Source: the human T2T-CHM13v2.0 reference genome, Homo sapiens. Taken from it: DNA of 64,000 bases. Where the stretch lies: assembly GCF_009914755.1 (NCBI RefSeq), contig NC_060929.1, one strand, 5' to 3'. A model generated the notes under the pieces. It worked only from the letters and a program-made list of their open reading frames with translations. It had not been told where the DNA came from and did no database searches. Position numbers and translations under genes: made by a program. Below are positions 13,710 through 28,396 of this stretch, piece by piece (the first letter of the stretch is position 1; every line of letters begins with the position of its first letter).

Positions 13710-14017
13710 TTGTGCTGTCCATTACGGTAATCATTAGTCAAATGCAATTATTGAACACTTGAAATGTGGCTAATGTAAATTTAGATGTGTTGTGAGTATT
13801 AAATACACAGCAGATTTTAAAAACAGTATGGAAAAATCATCTAATATCTTAATTTCATATGGAGGCACGTTAAAATATTAATATTTTGGACTTATTGGGT
13901 TAAAATATATCATTAAAATTATTTTTGCCTCTTTTAAAACTTTTTTTTTAACATAACTACTAGAAAATTTAAAATGGTATATGTGGTTCACATTTTAACC
14001 TTATTAGGCAGAGGCTG
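13710..14017 (+). mobile_element. MER33 (hAT-Charlie MITE)
   Basis: gtgctgtccattacggta...ttgaacacttgaaatgtggcta...actactagaaaatttaaaat..atatgtgg...gctg. Confidence 0.85.
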
Positions 14018-14849
14018 AAATAGAAAACTGAACTCCCAGAGCTGCTGGAAAGTTATGAGGCAAGAAGCAGATCTTGGACGAGGAGAAAGGTGAGGAGTGG
14101 AGTCAATAGAATATTAGAAGACTCTTCCATGATGTCTTTCATAGCTCTAAATCTTCAATTCAGACTACTAACCACAAAACTTTTTATGTAAAAAGAAAAA
14201 AACAGTACTTCCACCTAGGGGCATGATATAACTTTATGAAGAAGATGGCATTGTAACTTGCTCTTAAAGAAGGGTTTGGATATACCATCCAAATTCCTTC
14301 TCAGTATTTTATGCATGTTATTCACAATTTTTCACAGCAACTTCATTATTTCCACATAAAGATGATATAAGGACTCAGAAATGGCCTTTCATGAATTTTT
14401 GAAAGAGTGCATTCTACATATCATTGACAAAGTTTACTCAGAGGAGAAGGCTTAGGTAGAATGAATAGTTCAAGTTATTAGAGGGAAGAGATTATAAATT
14501 AGTGTTCAATATGGAAAAATAAATTTGAGACAGATTTTGGAAAGTCTACAATAGTAATGAATTTAGATGAGGGATATAGGATTGTATGGCAGCAATGTTA
14601 AAATAATAATACAATAATATCTGGTTATATGTTTATAAAAAATAAGTTAATAATGTGGACCTGTTTTGTGATTTCTAGGCAAATTTAATAGTAAAGCAAT
14701 AACAAAATTGCAACAATAACTAAAAGGAGATGAGTCTTCTTATGCCTCATCTATCTTTAGGAAATTCTGAAAGGATTACTTTTACAATGAATGGGACATT
14801 CTTCCATAGTTTCTCAGATTTCCTAGTTCTAACCAGCACAGATAACTTT

Positions 14850-15277
14850 TCTTCACTTCTGTACCCTGTTGAAATACCACGTCACAAAACCTGACTTCTG
14901 ACTTCCTAAGCAGCTGCTGAGGAGCTAGATGAAACCAGCTGGATATAGAAGGCAAATGAGAAACAGGAGACTAAAGATCTCCACGCAGATAAATTTTCCT
15001 TCCTTTCTCTCCTCCGTGTGCAGCTTCCAGATATGATTCTTGCTGCAGTGAGCCCAGTGAAGTCCCACATGCAGAGCAAACACAGGGCCTGCGCACCCTT
15101 TGCTATCTCTGAGGCCCCTTGGGAAGCAGCAGGCATCTCAGTAACAGACTCATGCTTTTCCTCCCCTCACCCTCTCCACCCTGGGCTTACCCCTTCCAAA
15201 GAGATTACACCACTTTAATTTTTGATTCACTGTGTTAATTTTTGCTTTTTTTAGAGGACTCTAGCTAAGAAAGACAG
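14850..15277 (+). mobile_element. LTR33-like ERVL LTR
   Basis: aatgagaaacaggagac...gcagataaatt...ctccaccctggg...tagaggactctagctaag..aca. Confidence 0.6.
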
Positions 15278-15339
15278 GGATATTGAAAAATGTGATTAGG
15301 TCAAAAGGAGGGCAGAAACAGTCATATTTTGTCAGTGCT

Positions 15340-15500
15340 CTCTTTGTTCCAGAAATTCTTTTAAAGAATTTTATGCAAATTATCTTTGGTAATCCTTCAG
15401 AGCAACTCCACTATTTCCATATACACATGAAGATTTAAAAACTCAGAAATGATATGTATCTTACTCAAGATTAAACAGATAGTATGGGAGAGAAGGAAGG
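15340..15500 (-). mobile_element. MIR fragment
   Basis: taatccttcagagcaactcc...tttccatatacacatgaaga...actcagaaatg. Confidence 0.5.
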
Positions 15501-15759
15501 CTTCAAGAGTTTCACCTTACATTGATTAATGTCATAGAAGTGGCAGAAGAAATAAAGGGTCAGAGAGGTAAAGTTACCACTTTGATCCAAACAAATGTAA
15601 ATAGGAGTAGAAAAGGATTTCAAAGCTGGACAAGACTACCTCCAAAGATTGAGGTCTCAACTGTTGTGTCTTACTCCTCTTTCCAGTATAAAGATGGAAG
15701 ATTAGGAAATCTTTAAAAGGGATTAAGATGATTAAAATATATATATGCCCAGCAGTGGG

Positions 15760-15835
15760 ATTGTATGCATGTATCAAAATATCAAGTGTACCCCATAAAT
15801 GTGTACAATTAGTATGGATGAATAAAAAAAAATTT
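15760..15835 (+). mobile_element. L1MA-type extreme 3' end
   Basis: attgtatgcatgtatcaaaatatcaagtgtaccccataaatgtgtacaatt followed by an A-tail. Confidence 0.8.
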
Positions 15836-15889
15836 TAAAAGGTGATTGGGATGCCTAAATAGGAGAACGGATAACTTCAAGAGACAAAG

Positions 15890-16060
15890 GAGTTTAAAAA
15901 TATTTGAAGCTGTGTGTAATGGGGAAAGTCACCTTAGACTTGACCTATGCAACTCCAGTGAAACAGAGAAAAAGCAAAAAGACAAATTTTGGTTCACTGT
16001 AAGGAAAACCTTTCTGAAAGTTAGAACAACTTAAAAATGTCAAAGGCTTGTAATTTTTCC
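15890..16060 (+). mobile_element. L3/CR1 LINE fragment
   Basis: aaatatttgaagctg...ttagacttg...caaattttggttcactgtaaggaaaacctttct..agttaga. Confidence 0.65.
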
Positions 16061-16903
16061 ATGATTTTTAGGGGAATGGGAGGGATCAAATTGGATCTGG
16101 AAAATTTTAGATAGACCATGCTATGGAGAAAGTATTGGCATCAATTATCTTTATGGTAATATTTTCTAACATAGAGATTACATGATTTTGTGTTTTTTCA
16201 TTTGACTAATATTTGAGTGCACTAAAATTTTAAAAGCAAGACATTATAAACAGTTACTATGAACAGATACCATGACCATTTGCCCCCACATTTCGGCTAG
16301 GGAAGGAGTTCCTTTTAATCATGCAAATGAATACTAGAAAATAAGCATCTCATTCACAGTGTCAGGAGTTTTTAACCTTAAACTAATACAGTTCCCACAT
16401 CATTGTATGACTGTTTTGGAAAACATTAATTCTTCATTTGAAAAAATAATTGTATAAAGGTCAAGGCAAGGTTTTCATGCTTGACAAAGAATGTGTTTTG
16501 GTCAACTTTAACCCAATAGTTGGCCTCTGTTACCAAGAGTATTATTTATAAAACTTCAATGAGAAGTGGAACATATATTAGTCTTTGAATAGGTGGTAAA
16601 AATATCCACGGAGCAAATGTAGCATTTACTGTAAATGCAATCTTCAAAGGTAGAGTGTTAATCTATTTTATTATGAAAGATATCTTATAGTTCTCATAAT
16701 AAAGAAAAAATTCTAATTGTCAATCTCAACAAATCTTCTGTATACCCCCCAAAGAAGTTAAGGTCTGTTCAATAATAATTACTTTCCATGTCACATAAAA
16801 ACTTGAGATTTTGTAAAGCTGGCTATTCTCAGAGAAGCAGAATCCATTCAAAGAGATGTTCCAAGACACTCATCCAGTAGGAGAGAAAAATTCAGGATTG
16901 GAA

Positions 16904-16905
<2 letters not shown>

Positions 16906-16943
<38 letters not shown>
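16906..16943. repeat. (CA)n microsatellite
   Basis: Seen directly. Confidence 0.97.
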
Positions 16944-17454
16944 TCAGTTTAATTTTAAATTTCAGTTTAATTATCTTTCTTTAGTCTTTCTGGAAGAGCA
17001 ATAAAAACAATCATAGCCTTATCCTACAAGTTGTAGCCATCTCCTCTGTTTTTTAGTCCAAATGATTCAAATACATAATGAAAAGGCCATATTTTTCCCA
17101 CAAAGGGATTACTTGTTTCTATTAAATAAATCTTCTAATTTTTTTTCCAACCCCTCCCTGATGAGCGTCTATTATTACTACTTGCTCAAACTGGGATGCT
17201 TTTCTTCCAGTCCTCACTTTCAGTTGATAGGGCACCATAGTTTACCACCTACATTCCCTTTCCCATGGATGTGATAACCAGAGTGAAATGAACAGGAAAT
17301 CCTATCTTGGGCGTTTCCTTCCAGTTTCTCCGAGTGTGTTGTTGCAGTAGCTGTTATATTATCTACCTGCCATACCAACATAATTCTGGTTGGTTGGTCT
17401 TGCTTGTAATGTAGCAAGATTGCCATGCAAGCCAGGTTATTGTTCAGTTGCTGA

Positions 17455-17852
<398 letters not shown>

Positions 17853-18345
17853 TAGCCAAGAAAATATAAGAGACAGCCATAGGCTGATGAGTAGATTTCC
17901 ATGTTGAGTTATCTTGATTGTGAGTCAAGTTTTATAAAATATATGGACTTTCAAGTAAATATTTCCATAATGTAAAGTGCTGTTTTTAGCAGGTTGTGGA
18001 TCACAGAGAAATTCTCCCATCCTGATTTTTGCTCAAGAAATTAATATGAAAGCTACGATGCTTTCCCATAATGTCTTCATAGTCTATTTGAAATATATTT
18101 AAAATTCTATTATTCAAAGATAATGATAGTGGGTGCTCACATTTTGTTCCAGAGCACATGTTTGGTATTCTAGTAGAGGATAAAAGTTGAAAGGAAATGA
18201 GTTTGTTGGACTAGGTGACCTGAGTGTAGTATAATCCTGATCAAACTAAAATTTTGGAAACTCATTCAGAAAATAAAATTTATTTTACCTAGCTTATGTT
18301 ATGTTATGAAGAAAGTGATAGTAACTTAAAGATAAGAATGCTCTC

Positions 18346-19349
18346 TATGGTAGGCAGCATTTTGGTTTCTATGATCTCTCCCACTTGCCCCCTGCTTTGA
18401 TTTGGATTTGTGTCACCACCCAAATCTCATGTCAAATTGTAATCCTCGGTGTTGGAGGAGGAGCCTGCTGGGAGGTGATTTGATCATGGGGGTGGATTTC
18501 CCCCCTTGCTGTTCTCCTGATAGTGAGTTCTCACAAGATCTGGTTCTTTTCCTCCTATTCTGGCCATGTAAGACATTCCTGCTTCCCCTTTGCTTTCCAT
18601 CTGACATGATTGTAAGTTTCCTGAGGCCGTGCTTCCTGTACAGCCTGTGAAACTGTGAGTCAATTAAACCTCTTTTCTTTGTAAATTACCCAGCCTGAGG
18701 TAGTTCTTTATAGCAATGTGAGAACAGACTGATACATCCCCACCACTCCACTCTGCATTGTGCCTGTGCGTGTTACCTTCTGTGGCAAAAGGGAGTTGGC
18801 AGATGGAATGAACGTATTGGGCACCTTGGTGTAGGGAGATGATCCTGGATGATTCAGGTGAGCCAGTCTAATTAAATGGGCCTGTAAAGGCATAGCAAAG
18901 AGGAAGAAGAGTCAGAGGCAGAAGAGTCAAAGTGTGTGTGCGCACGGCTGTGTTAGAGAAGTGTACAATGAAGAGGACTCAACTTGCTGTTACTGGCTTT
19001 GGAGATGGAGAAAGGAGGCCATGAGCCAAAAGATGCAGGAGACCTCTAAAGTTGAGAAAGGCCCTCGGTTGACAGCCCACAAAGAACTGGGACCTCAGTA
19101 CCACAGCTGCGTGGAACTGAATTCTGCCAGCAACCTGAATGAGCAAGTAAATGGATTCTTCACTAGAACCTCCAGAAAGAAACATGGACCTGCCATAACC
19201 TTGATTTCTGCCTTGTGAGACTTGAAGGAGAGACCCTGCTAAACCAGCTGGGCTTCTGACCTATGGAAACTGTGAGATAATTAATGGAGTTTGTTTTAAG
19301 ATGCTAAATTTGTGGTGATTTGTTAAGGCAATGATAAAACTCTAATGCA
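18346..19349 (+). mobile_element. MLT1E-like MaLR solo LTR, split by an MST
   Basis: tatggtaggcag...; tggcaaaagggagttggcagatg; ggaactgaattctgccagcaacctgaatgagc; ctgtgagataa...ctaaatttgtggtgatttgtt. Confidence 0.85.
18393..18736 (+). mobile_element. MSTA-like MaLR solo LTR
   Basis: tttggatttgtgtcaccacccaaatctcatgtc...caattaaacctcttttc...gactgataca; 5-bp TSD ccccc/tcccc. Confidence 0.9.
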
Positions 19350-22300
19350 CTCACCTACAGTTTTAGGCAGTTACCTCACCACTCCTATACTTAAACCATG
19401 TGTGTTTTGGGTGTGTATTGGAGTTTCAGTAAACTCAGACGTTGTAGTGCTGATTTCTTGAGCGTGTTCCTGGGATTGGAGGGAGAATTTCTATGACTTA
19501 TTTTATAATTTGGATTACAATTGGAAATCTGTTGTCCTATTTGAAGCATTTTATTAGACCATTTTTTATTAGACTATTTTGAAGATGGAGAAAACCAGTC
19601 ATATGATCTTCTTCATTGTATCCCGATTTCACAGGTCATGATCCTTCAACATTTAAGCAGATGCACCTAAATTGCCAACATTTGATTTCATATCAAACAG
19701 GATAATAGCAAAGAAAATACGCTAAAATAATGTTCTTAATTTGTTTTATTCAGACTTACTGCATACACATTTACGAAGACATTACTTTTAGGATGTTGGA
19801 TGTATTGTCATAAAATTATTAGCCACACATAAATATTTATAGATCTTATTAGAATTCACTAATCTTCTCACTATTAGCCAGCAACTTCAGCTGAAAATTT
19901 CCATAACAATTAGTATTGTTAATGCAAAGTGCTGTGCCTATTTTTGCCGAAACGGGTGTCTTTTACATGAATTTGCCACCATTTTAGATGTCTTTGCATC
20001 TAAAATGAAATGAGGAAAACCATATCTGTTATTAAACTGTGCCTGTCTTTGTTTAGAGCTACTGCTATGAGCCAGAAATCTTGGAAAAGTTTTTCTGCAT
20101 ATCCCCAGCATGTTACTGAAGAGTTTCTTACTACCCTGAAGACAGATATTTCTTCCTCATCTATTGGGAGACTCCAGGAGTCAGTCTTAAGAAGGTCTTA
20201 TTGTGTGCATAGCCTCATGCCCCTGCCCACATTGATAACTCACCAAGGGGTTGAGATTTTATAATTCAGCCTGATTAGGCTGTTATCCATCACATCATTA
20301 CATAAAACCCTACTATAATGGTACACATTCAACTAAAGCATCAACACAATCTAGATTTAAAGAATGAGTTAAGTAAGACAAAAAAAAAAAGGGAAAAAAA
20401 TAGCACATTTCCCCCCATACTCTGTAAACAGCATTTTGGTTCAGACATGTATCTCATTAGCAAACTACCTGAAAACAATAGGCTATAATGAGATCAGTCA
20501 GCAGCTTCATATTACAACATAGCTTGGGGGGCCCTGTTCTTTTGGTAAGGAGTGTATTTTTTACAGAAAAAAAATGTGTATCAAGTTAGTATCTCAGTGA
20601 CAAACCAGTGCTAACTAGCACATGTCTGCATGTCACCAGAGGTGGCTGTGCCTGACATTTCCTGGAGGACAGCCTATAGTTAAGTAGTATTGAAAGGCAC
20701 CACAGGCATTATAGCAAATGTATAGGGGACAATGAGCAACAATGGGGCAAAAAGCAAGCTATTTGAGCTAATGGCTGATGCTGTGTTCACAGTATTATAT
20801 TTGTGCCATTCATATCACTATGGCTAAGGTTGTGTCTGTTTTCATAATAGAGCTACTACTTTAGAGGTTTATAACCTGGCAATAAAAATTAGCTTCCGGC
20901 AAGAACTTGACATACAAGACAAGACCTCAGCAAGAAAGTGATTTTTGAGAAATCAGATTTTGTTCGGGGGGAGCAGGTATGGAATATGTTCTGTTGTTTT
21001 AGACATTCATTTGAGTTTCTGAAACTCAATACAGCTCAGATTTGGAAAATGGCATTTTGTAAGTTATTAGACTATAAAAAAAATCAAACTTGTGAAAGTC
21101 TGGGTCAAACAATGCTTATTTTTGAGGGCTTAGCTCAGAACATTTTTATCTTTCAAAATGTTCTTTGTAGACTTTTCAAAGTAGGAGCATTTTTAATGAT
21201 TCACAGTTCTTTATTTTGATATATAGAAAGGCACAGTTGTGTGAAGATCAAGAAGTTAAAAGGAGTTTATTTTTAGAAGGTAATACATTACGGTATGTTG
21301 CTTTTTTTGAAGTTAAACTCCTTATTAACACCTATTCATTAATACTATTATTAAATGTAATAGATTCATTGCATCTAAACATTGGAAGAAATCCAAATTC
21401 CACAGAGCTGAAAGCATATCACTCCTACCACAACCGTCACCTTCAGCTGTTTATTTAATTTTTACTTTTTGCCTAGCAGTGCACCAGAATCTTGCATGCA
21501 CTAATTTAACATCCATTATTTGACCTCAATACTCTTTAATGCTTGTGTTGTCATAGATAGACACATACATAAAGAAGAAATAAAGTAAAAAGGAACAAAA
21601 TTTCCAAATACATATTCCATTGCACACAAAAATTAATAATCATTTAAGCTTGACCTTTTAGAACCTTTATTTTAAATATTTACAGTAGGCATGCGGGTCA
21701 TCCAGTTATAGTGAGAATTGAGTTGCAGAGTAGGAGAGAAGAGAAAATTGTTGAGAAATTTTGAAAAAAAAAAAAGGGGGGCGGGGGATAAAGCCAAAAT
21801 GGAAGAGAGGTAAGGATATTAGCAAAGGAGCAATTCTCAAATATAGATGTAGATGGTGATTTTTATGATATTGTCAATTATTAACATATTAATAATGAAT
21901 ATTATTTTACTGGTGACCAATTTGTACTAGACATTGAAGCTGCTTTATAGGCAGGACAGGACAGCTATTGATAAATAATTGCTCTCTTCTTACAAATAAT
22001 ACAATTGCATATTTTTCCATAGACAATGGCAGTCTAGATTCAAAGTAGAGTGTAGAATAGCAACAGATTTATCAACTTAAATTTGGATACCTATACTATT
22101 TAAATACCTATGCATTTCTCAAAGGGAATGAAGGAACTAGAGTAAGCTTCAGGAAGCCAGACCCCTGAGTTTTCAGTCAAATGAATGAAAGTTGTCTTAC
22201 AGCCTTCAAAAAGCACATAGTCTCTGTTGTATGAAAAGGTGGCAATGTTGTCACGTTGACTCAGTTGGGTTTAAATAACAAATATCTATCATTCCAGCTC

Positions 22301-23620
22301 ATGTTAGTATAAAATGTTTTTAAAATAATACAATCTTTCACAAGCAGAATTGAAGAACTGTTATGGAAGTAAAAAAAATTAGATTTCCTTTCATATTTAT
22401 CCAGAGTTGTAACGAAGGCTTGACTAAATTAGAGAAAGCACATTTGTAAATTGTTTTCATAAAAGAGGTAGAATTATCACTGAGGCTACAAAACTTTTTT
22501 TTTTTTTTCGTTAACGAATGCCATATCTTACCTTACTTTAAACTCTTCTACTGTGTAAGCCTTTCGGTGTGACTCTTTGTTTAATACTGGATCTCACATC
22601 AGAGACTTGACAAGTTGAGAGGTGAGTTATCTGGAGCAAAAAAATTAAGCTTGTCAGAGGCAGTCCTCCCACACAGAATTAAGATAAGATGATCTCAAAT
22701 TCTTAAGTTCTCAAGGTAATAGTTCTAAAGAGATATTTTTATCCGTACCATCAATACTGAGTAGATTGTGGAAAAAAAATAATTTTTGCCTCTCATGTTT
22801 GAAAGTCACTGTTTTTACAGAGTTTCTTTAATTTTCTTTTTCTTTTTTTGGCTGAACTTTTCTTAGAACAGTGCACTGCTGGGATGCACAGTTATTAGAA
22901 AGTAGGAGGCTATGGAAGATAGAAATTTTTCATTTTTAACCATCAATAGTGCTAGAGAAGTAAATGTATATATTATAACAGAGTTTGAGAAGAGTGGGAA
23001 ATTTATTTTTAAATGAGTTGCATGTAAAAGTGCAAAAGCAATAAAAGCTCATCTCCAAAGTTCAGAAATGAGAAAGAAATTTAAACCCATAGTAGTGGAC
23101 CAGATTTGAAGCTGAAAGATGCAGAATCAGTCACTGGCCTAAAATCTGGGTTCTCATCATCAACATGTACAATTTTTATGTATCCATTTGAAAAATTTAA
23201 TAAATAAAAAAAAACCTGTGCAGAAAAAATACGCACTGTGCATAGCAGAGAACTGGAACTGGCCTCCTTGCATAAAGGCTCACACAATAGAGGAATTGTC
23301 CTTACTGTTAAACAATCACAAAAAGATAATCAGTAGCCATGGGACTGGGCACAAAAGCAAGTAACCCATGCTGGGTCTTGGGTTGTGCTAAAGTGGCCTT
23401 GTGACTAAAATTGCAATCCTGCCAGTGGGACCATTACAAATAAAAACTGGTCGTGTGCCAGTAAATCCCTTAGTATCCAGCAATGGCAAATACAAAATCA
23501 TCCTGGTAAAGAAGCCTATACAGTCCATGGTAGGGAACAGAAAATGGTAGCCAGGATACACAGAAACCCAGTAACTGTATTACAGATTTAAAAGTAAACA
23601 AAGAAGAAACCAAAGCAAAA

Positions 23621-23924
23621 GGTGGGTGCGGCGGCTCACGCCTGTAATCCCAGCACTTTGGGAGGCTGAGGCGGGCAGATCACCTGAGGTCAGGAGTTTG
23701 AGACCAGCCTGGCCAACATGGTGAAACCCTGTCTCTACTAAAAAACACAAAAATTTGCCAGGCATGGTGGTGGGTGCCTGTAATCCCAGCTACTCAGGAG
23801 GCTGAGGCAGGAGAATCACTTGAACCCAGGAGGAAGAGGTTGCAGTGAGCCGAGATCATGCCACTGCACTCCAGCCCAAGCGACAAGAGCAAGACTCCAT
23901 CTCAAAGAAAAAAACAAAACAAAC
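23621..23924 (+). mobile_element. Alu (AluSq-like)
   Basis: Full dimer with the gcgacaagagcaagactcc variant and an A-rich tail. Confidence 0.96.
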
Positions 23925-24129
23925 GTTAAGTATCAGGAAGACTCTTACCTAAACAATTAATTTATATTATGTGTCTTCCTTTTCCCCTTCTGGAATCCAA
24001 TTTTCTTCCCAAAAGTTGAGGAAGTGTAAGTAATATAAAGGCCACATCAATTGTAGAAAGGAAGAGCTGCTATGCATGTGCTAATAGTAATAATGATTAA
24101 CAATTGCCATATATAGTAAAAACAGTATA

Positions 24130-26230
24130 AAATTAAAGACCAATTTTTTTAAAAATAAGAAACTACCAAGTCTCACTCAAGAAGAAAAAAGAGAAAAATA
24201 TCTACAGGTCCAGATGAATTCACTGGCAAATTATCTCACACATTTAAAGAAGGAGTAAGAGCATTCTATCTAAACAGTTCCAAAAAAAATTTAAAGAACA
24301 AAGTATGATCCCCAAATCACTCTGTAAGGCCTGAATATACCCTGATACCAAATCTAATCAAGAGCATAACAGGAAAACTATCGAGGTATCTTTATGAACA
24401 TAGATGTAAAAATTCAAATACATTTTTATCAAATTCTGACAGAAATACGAAGAATAATACATTATGATCAAGTGTTGCCAAGAATGTGAAGTTGGTTTAA
24501 CATTGAAAAATCAATGTAATTTTAACTAAAAAAAAAAAAAAAAATTCTATATGACCTAAGCTAAAATAAAAATCGTAAAAAAGTAAGTAATTTCCTGGAA
24601 AATAAGTAGCAAGCCAAGAATGTCTGTTTTCACTTCTTATATTAGCATTTCTTTATTTAGTCTATCCTATTAAATAGGGCACTAAAAGACACCCAGACTA
24701 GAAAGGAAGAATCAATTGTCTTTTACTGAAGATGACTTGGTCATCTATGCCAGTAAATTCTACAGAATATAAGAAGAAGAACTACCTATCACAAGTTTGG
24801 TAAAATTGTAGAAAATAAGATAGTGATACATAAATCAATGAAATGTATATGTACTGGACACAAACAATTGGAAAATAAAATTTAAAATAGCATTTAAAAT
24901 AGAATCAAATATATCAAATAGGGATGAATTGAAAAAAACAGATGGGTAAAACCTGTACATTAAAAACTCAAAAATGAAAAGTTAAAAAATTAAAAGTGAG
25001 ATGCTCCATAATGCATTGGAAGACTCAGTTATTAGGATATCAACCACCTCCACATTCATCTATAGATTCACTTCTAGTCAAGATCACAGTAGTTGTTGCT
25101 GTGTTTTTTAGAAATTGACAAGATAATTCTAAAATTTTCAGGGAAACACAAAGGACATACCCAGAAGGAATCTGAAGAGAGAGAAAAAAAGTCTTATTAT
25201 AAACCTATAGTAACCAAGATAGTGTGTTATTGGCATAAAGGTAGACAAATGTTTGCAACAGAATAAAGAGAGCAAAAACAAAACTCACACATATATGATC
25301 AACTGAATTTCAGCAGAAGTGTCAAAGCAATTTAAGGGGAAAGAATAATCTTTTCAGTAAATGATGCTGAAACAATTTGCTTTCTATATGTAAAAACAAA
25401 AAGGAAGAACAAAAATACACAATAACCTCAAAGCTTGTCTCATATACCATATGCAGATTTAACTCCAAATGGCTCAAAGATGTAAGCATAAAACCCCAAA
25501 TTAATATAGACCTAAATGTACAACAAAAACAAAAAATATAAAGCACCTATGTAACAAGAAATAAAAAATGATCAGGAAAATGACAAATGATGAAATGTGA
25601 ATTGTCCATATACTACAAACAGATTTTTGATAATATGAAGTTTTAATAGTTTAAGGTAAAATGTAGTACTATCAGTAAACTAATGAGCAAAGGCATCGTT
25701 CTGGACAAAATAAATTATGAATGGCTAATAAGCCAGTGAAAACAAGTTCATTCTCTTTTTTGGCAATATCTCACCTCTAGGTATCTATTTGTAAGAATAA
25801 GCAGGTATGTGCGTAACGAATCATGTGAAAAGTTAGATAAAAACTAGATATCTAGGCCAGGCACGGTGGCTCACGCTTGTAAACCCAGCACTTTGGGAGG
25901 CAGAGGTAGGCGGATCACGAGGTCAGGAGATGGAGACCATCTTGGCTAACAGAGTGAAACCCCATCTCTACTGAAAATACAAAAATATTAGCCAGGCGTG
26001 GTGGCGGGCACCTGTATTTCCAGCTACTGGGGAGGCTGAGGCAGGAGAATGGCGTGAACCCATGAGCTTGCCGTGAGCGGAGATCGTGCCACTGCACTCC
26101 AGCCTGGGCGACAGAGCGAGACTCCGTCTCAAAAGAAACAACCAAAAAAAAAATACTAAACATCTAAACTTATGAAATTAGTTAAATTGTGTAGCATCTA
26201 TGCAATGGAATACGATAATAAAATAGCAAA
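24130..26230 (+). mobile_element. Degraded ancient L1M, ORF2/3' region with internal deletions, split by an Alu
   Basis: caggtccagatgaattcactgg; ccctgataccaaa; aaattgacaagataattctaaaatt; gatcaactgaatttcagcagaagtgtcaaagcaatt. Confidence 0.8.
25855..26151 (+). mobile_element. Alu (AluY-like) with TSD
   Basis: gatcacgaggtcaggagatggagaccatcttggctaac and gagaatggcgtgaaccc; TSD aaaactagatatcta / aatactaaacatcta. Confidence 0.95.
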
Positions 26231-26324
26231 AATATATCCAAAGAGACAGGAAATGCTGGTAACTATATTTAGGTTTTTAAAAATATAGGACTCTGTTTTG
26301 GTATTGTTACCAAACGTAGCTTTA

Positions 26325-26627
26325 CTTTTTTTTCTTTTTTCCTTTTCTTTTTTGAGATGGAGTCTCTCTCTTTCACCCAGGCTTGAGTGCAGTGGTACAA
26401 TCTCAGCAACCTCCGCCTCCTGGGTTCAAGCAATTCTCCTGTGTCAGTCTCCTGAGTAGGTAGCACTACAGGCGCCCGCCACTGCGCCCAGTTAATTTTT
26501 TATTTTTAGTAGAGATGGGGTTGCACCATATTGGTCAGGCTGGTCTCAAACTCCTGACTTCAGGTGATCCACCTCCCTCAGCCTCCCAAAGTGCTGGGAT
26601 TACAGGCATGAGCCACCGCGCCCAGCC
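26325..26627 (-). mobile_element. Alu (AluS) with TSD
   Basis: Reverse Alu; TSD acgtagcttta (26314-26324) / atgtagcttta (26628-26638). Confidence 0.96.
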
Positions 26628-28173
26628 ATGTAGCTTTAAATATACATTAAAGATAGGCCATAAGCTTGCATAGCAAAATGGTAATGGTAGTTTTCCCATA
26701 CTACTGTGATAAAGGAAATTTTCACTTTCTTCTATTTTTCTGTATTTTTCATGCATTTCTACACTGGCCTTGGGTTACTTTTTAAATAATAATTGAGATA
26801 AAAGTGAACTTGAGAAGCAGAAACAAAAAAGACTTTAGAGGTTAACAAGTGCCAGGTTATGATAATTCTTTCATTATTTAAGCAATGGAGAACAATTGGA
26901 AGTACCAAACAAGAGAATTATTTTTTTCATAACTCATTGTCTAATGCTAATGTGACCTGTGTGCACATATACGTGATTTCCTTCAAGGTGATAATGTGGT
27001 CTTTGAGTGTTGGGAATTTCTCACACATCTTTCTACACACAGAACCATATACGTAGTCAATGGTAAATACATTAGACAATCCTTGTGTATGAAATCAAAA
27101 ACTCTGTAGAAAATTAGCATTTATCTAGATTTTGCAAGTACTTCCCAGTCCAATATTTGAAACAATATGTAATTGACTTGCCATAAGAGTAAACTTGAAA
27201 GAATATTATAAAACTAATGAAGCTAAAAATTCCTGATTATATTACATTGAAATGGTTATAATAAACATTCTAGTTAGTCAGGAATCTTTACTTCTATTGG
27301 CCATTCATAATGGATATATGATCATGAAGCATGTAACAAGAAACATGTGTAATACTGGTGTTAATAGAGTGGAAAGTTCAATGAGAAAACAAAATAAAAC
27401 CTAAAAGTGCATGAGACCAAACTAAACAAAAAAGGTGCACCAGATGACATCTAAGAAAATTATGAAATTTTCCATGACACTGAGTGACAAGCTTTGGGAT
27501 GCATAAAAAGAATGGGAGAAAAAGAAGACAGATATACAATAACTAGGAAAAATAAGACTCTCTGAATTGACAAGGGAATATAATTTTTTCAAATGACCGT
27601 TTGTCTTAAGGGAACCAAATATTTTAGTCATGGGCTACCAACTAAGCATGCAGTGTTCTTATGATTTATCTCATCACATCATCTGCATTCGGTTTAACAC
27701 GTGCAATCTCAGCAAATAAACTCTTTTTCAGCATTCCTGTGTGGTCAGGTGACTTAAGTTAAATGTCAGGGGAGATAGCAAGAAGCTACAGCTTAGCATA
27801 TTCATCAGTGTCTAATGAGGGTCTTAAGATGAGACAGAACTGAAGTTAATTCACCAAATTTGTTTGTATTATAGACGTAAAAGGTGGCAAATATGAACTT
27901 AGGAAAGGTGACTCATAAAAATTTTAAGTGATTTACCCATAAAATAAAAACTAAATAATTATGTATACCTATGTATTCTTACTCTGTCAGTTTTACCCAA
28001 ATTATGTAAATTGGAAATAAGTGCCCTTACTGTGAGGATATCACATGGTATTTCACAATATTGTTTATGGATAGCATTCTCTACTCTTCTATAACTCTTA
28101 TGTCTGTTCTTTAATTCAGCAAATATTTATTATGCCCTGATGTCACTCTCAGAATTTTATTAGGTTCTGTGAG

Positions 28174-28396
28174 AAATGAAAACAGCGGAAAATACAAGAT
28201 CTGTCTCAAGTCAGGTTTCTTAGAAGCCAAGCCTGACTGTAATTGACTGAGCTAGTGCTCCTTAGGAAAACCCTGTAAGCAGAGGAATAAAGCTGGATGT
28301 GATAGTGAAGGGATTCAAGAATTCAGCAATGATGTGGTCTCAGGAAGTGTAGCTTCACCCTGACCCATAGGTGAGAGTTCTAAAGCATGAATTGCA
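28174..28396 (+). repeat. Left arm (donor) of a 223-bp inverted duplication
   Basis: Reverse complement of 30210-30432 with 7 mismatches (hand alignment). Confidence 0.97.

Noticed and set aside
20617-20650. p53-like CATG pair and CTCF-like CACCAGAGGTGGC
   Set aside because: The CATG spacing is 4 nt rather than the 6 nt required, and the CTCF match needs an indel
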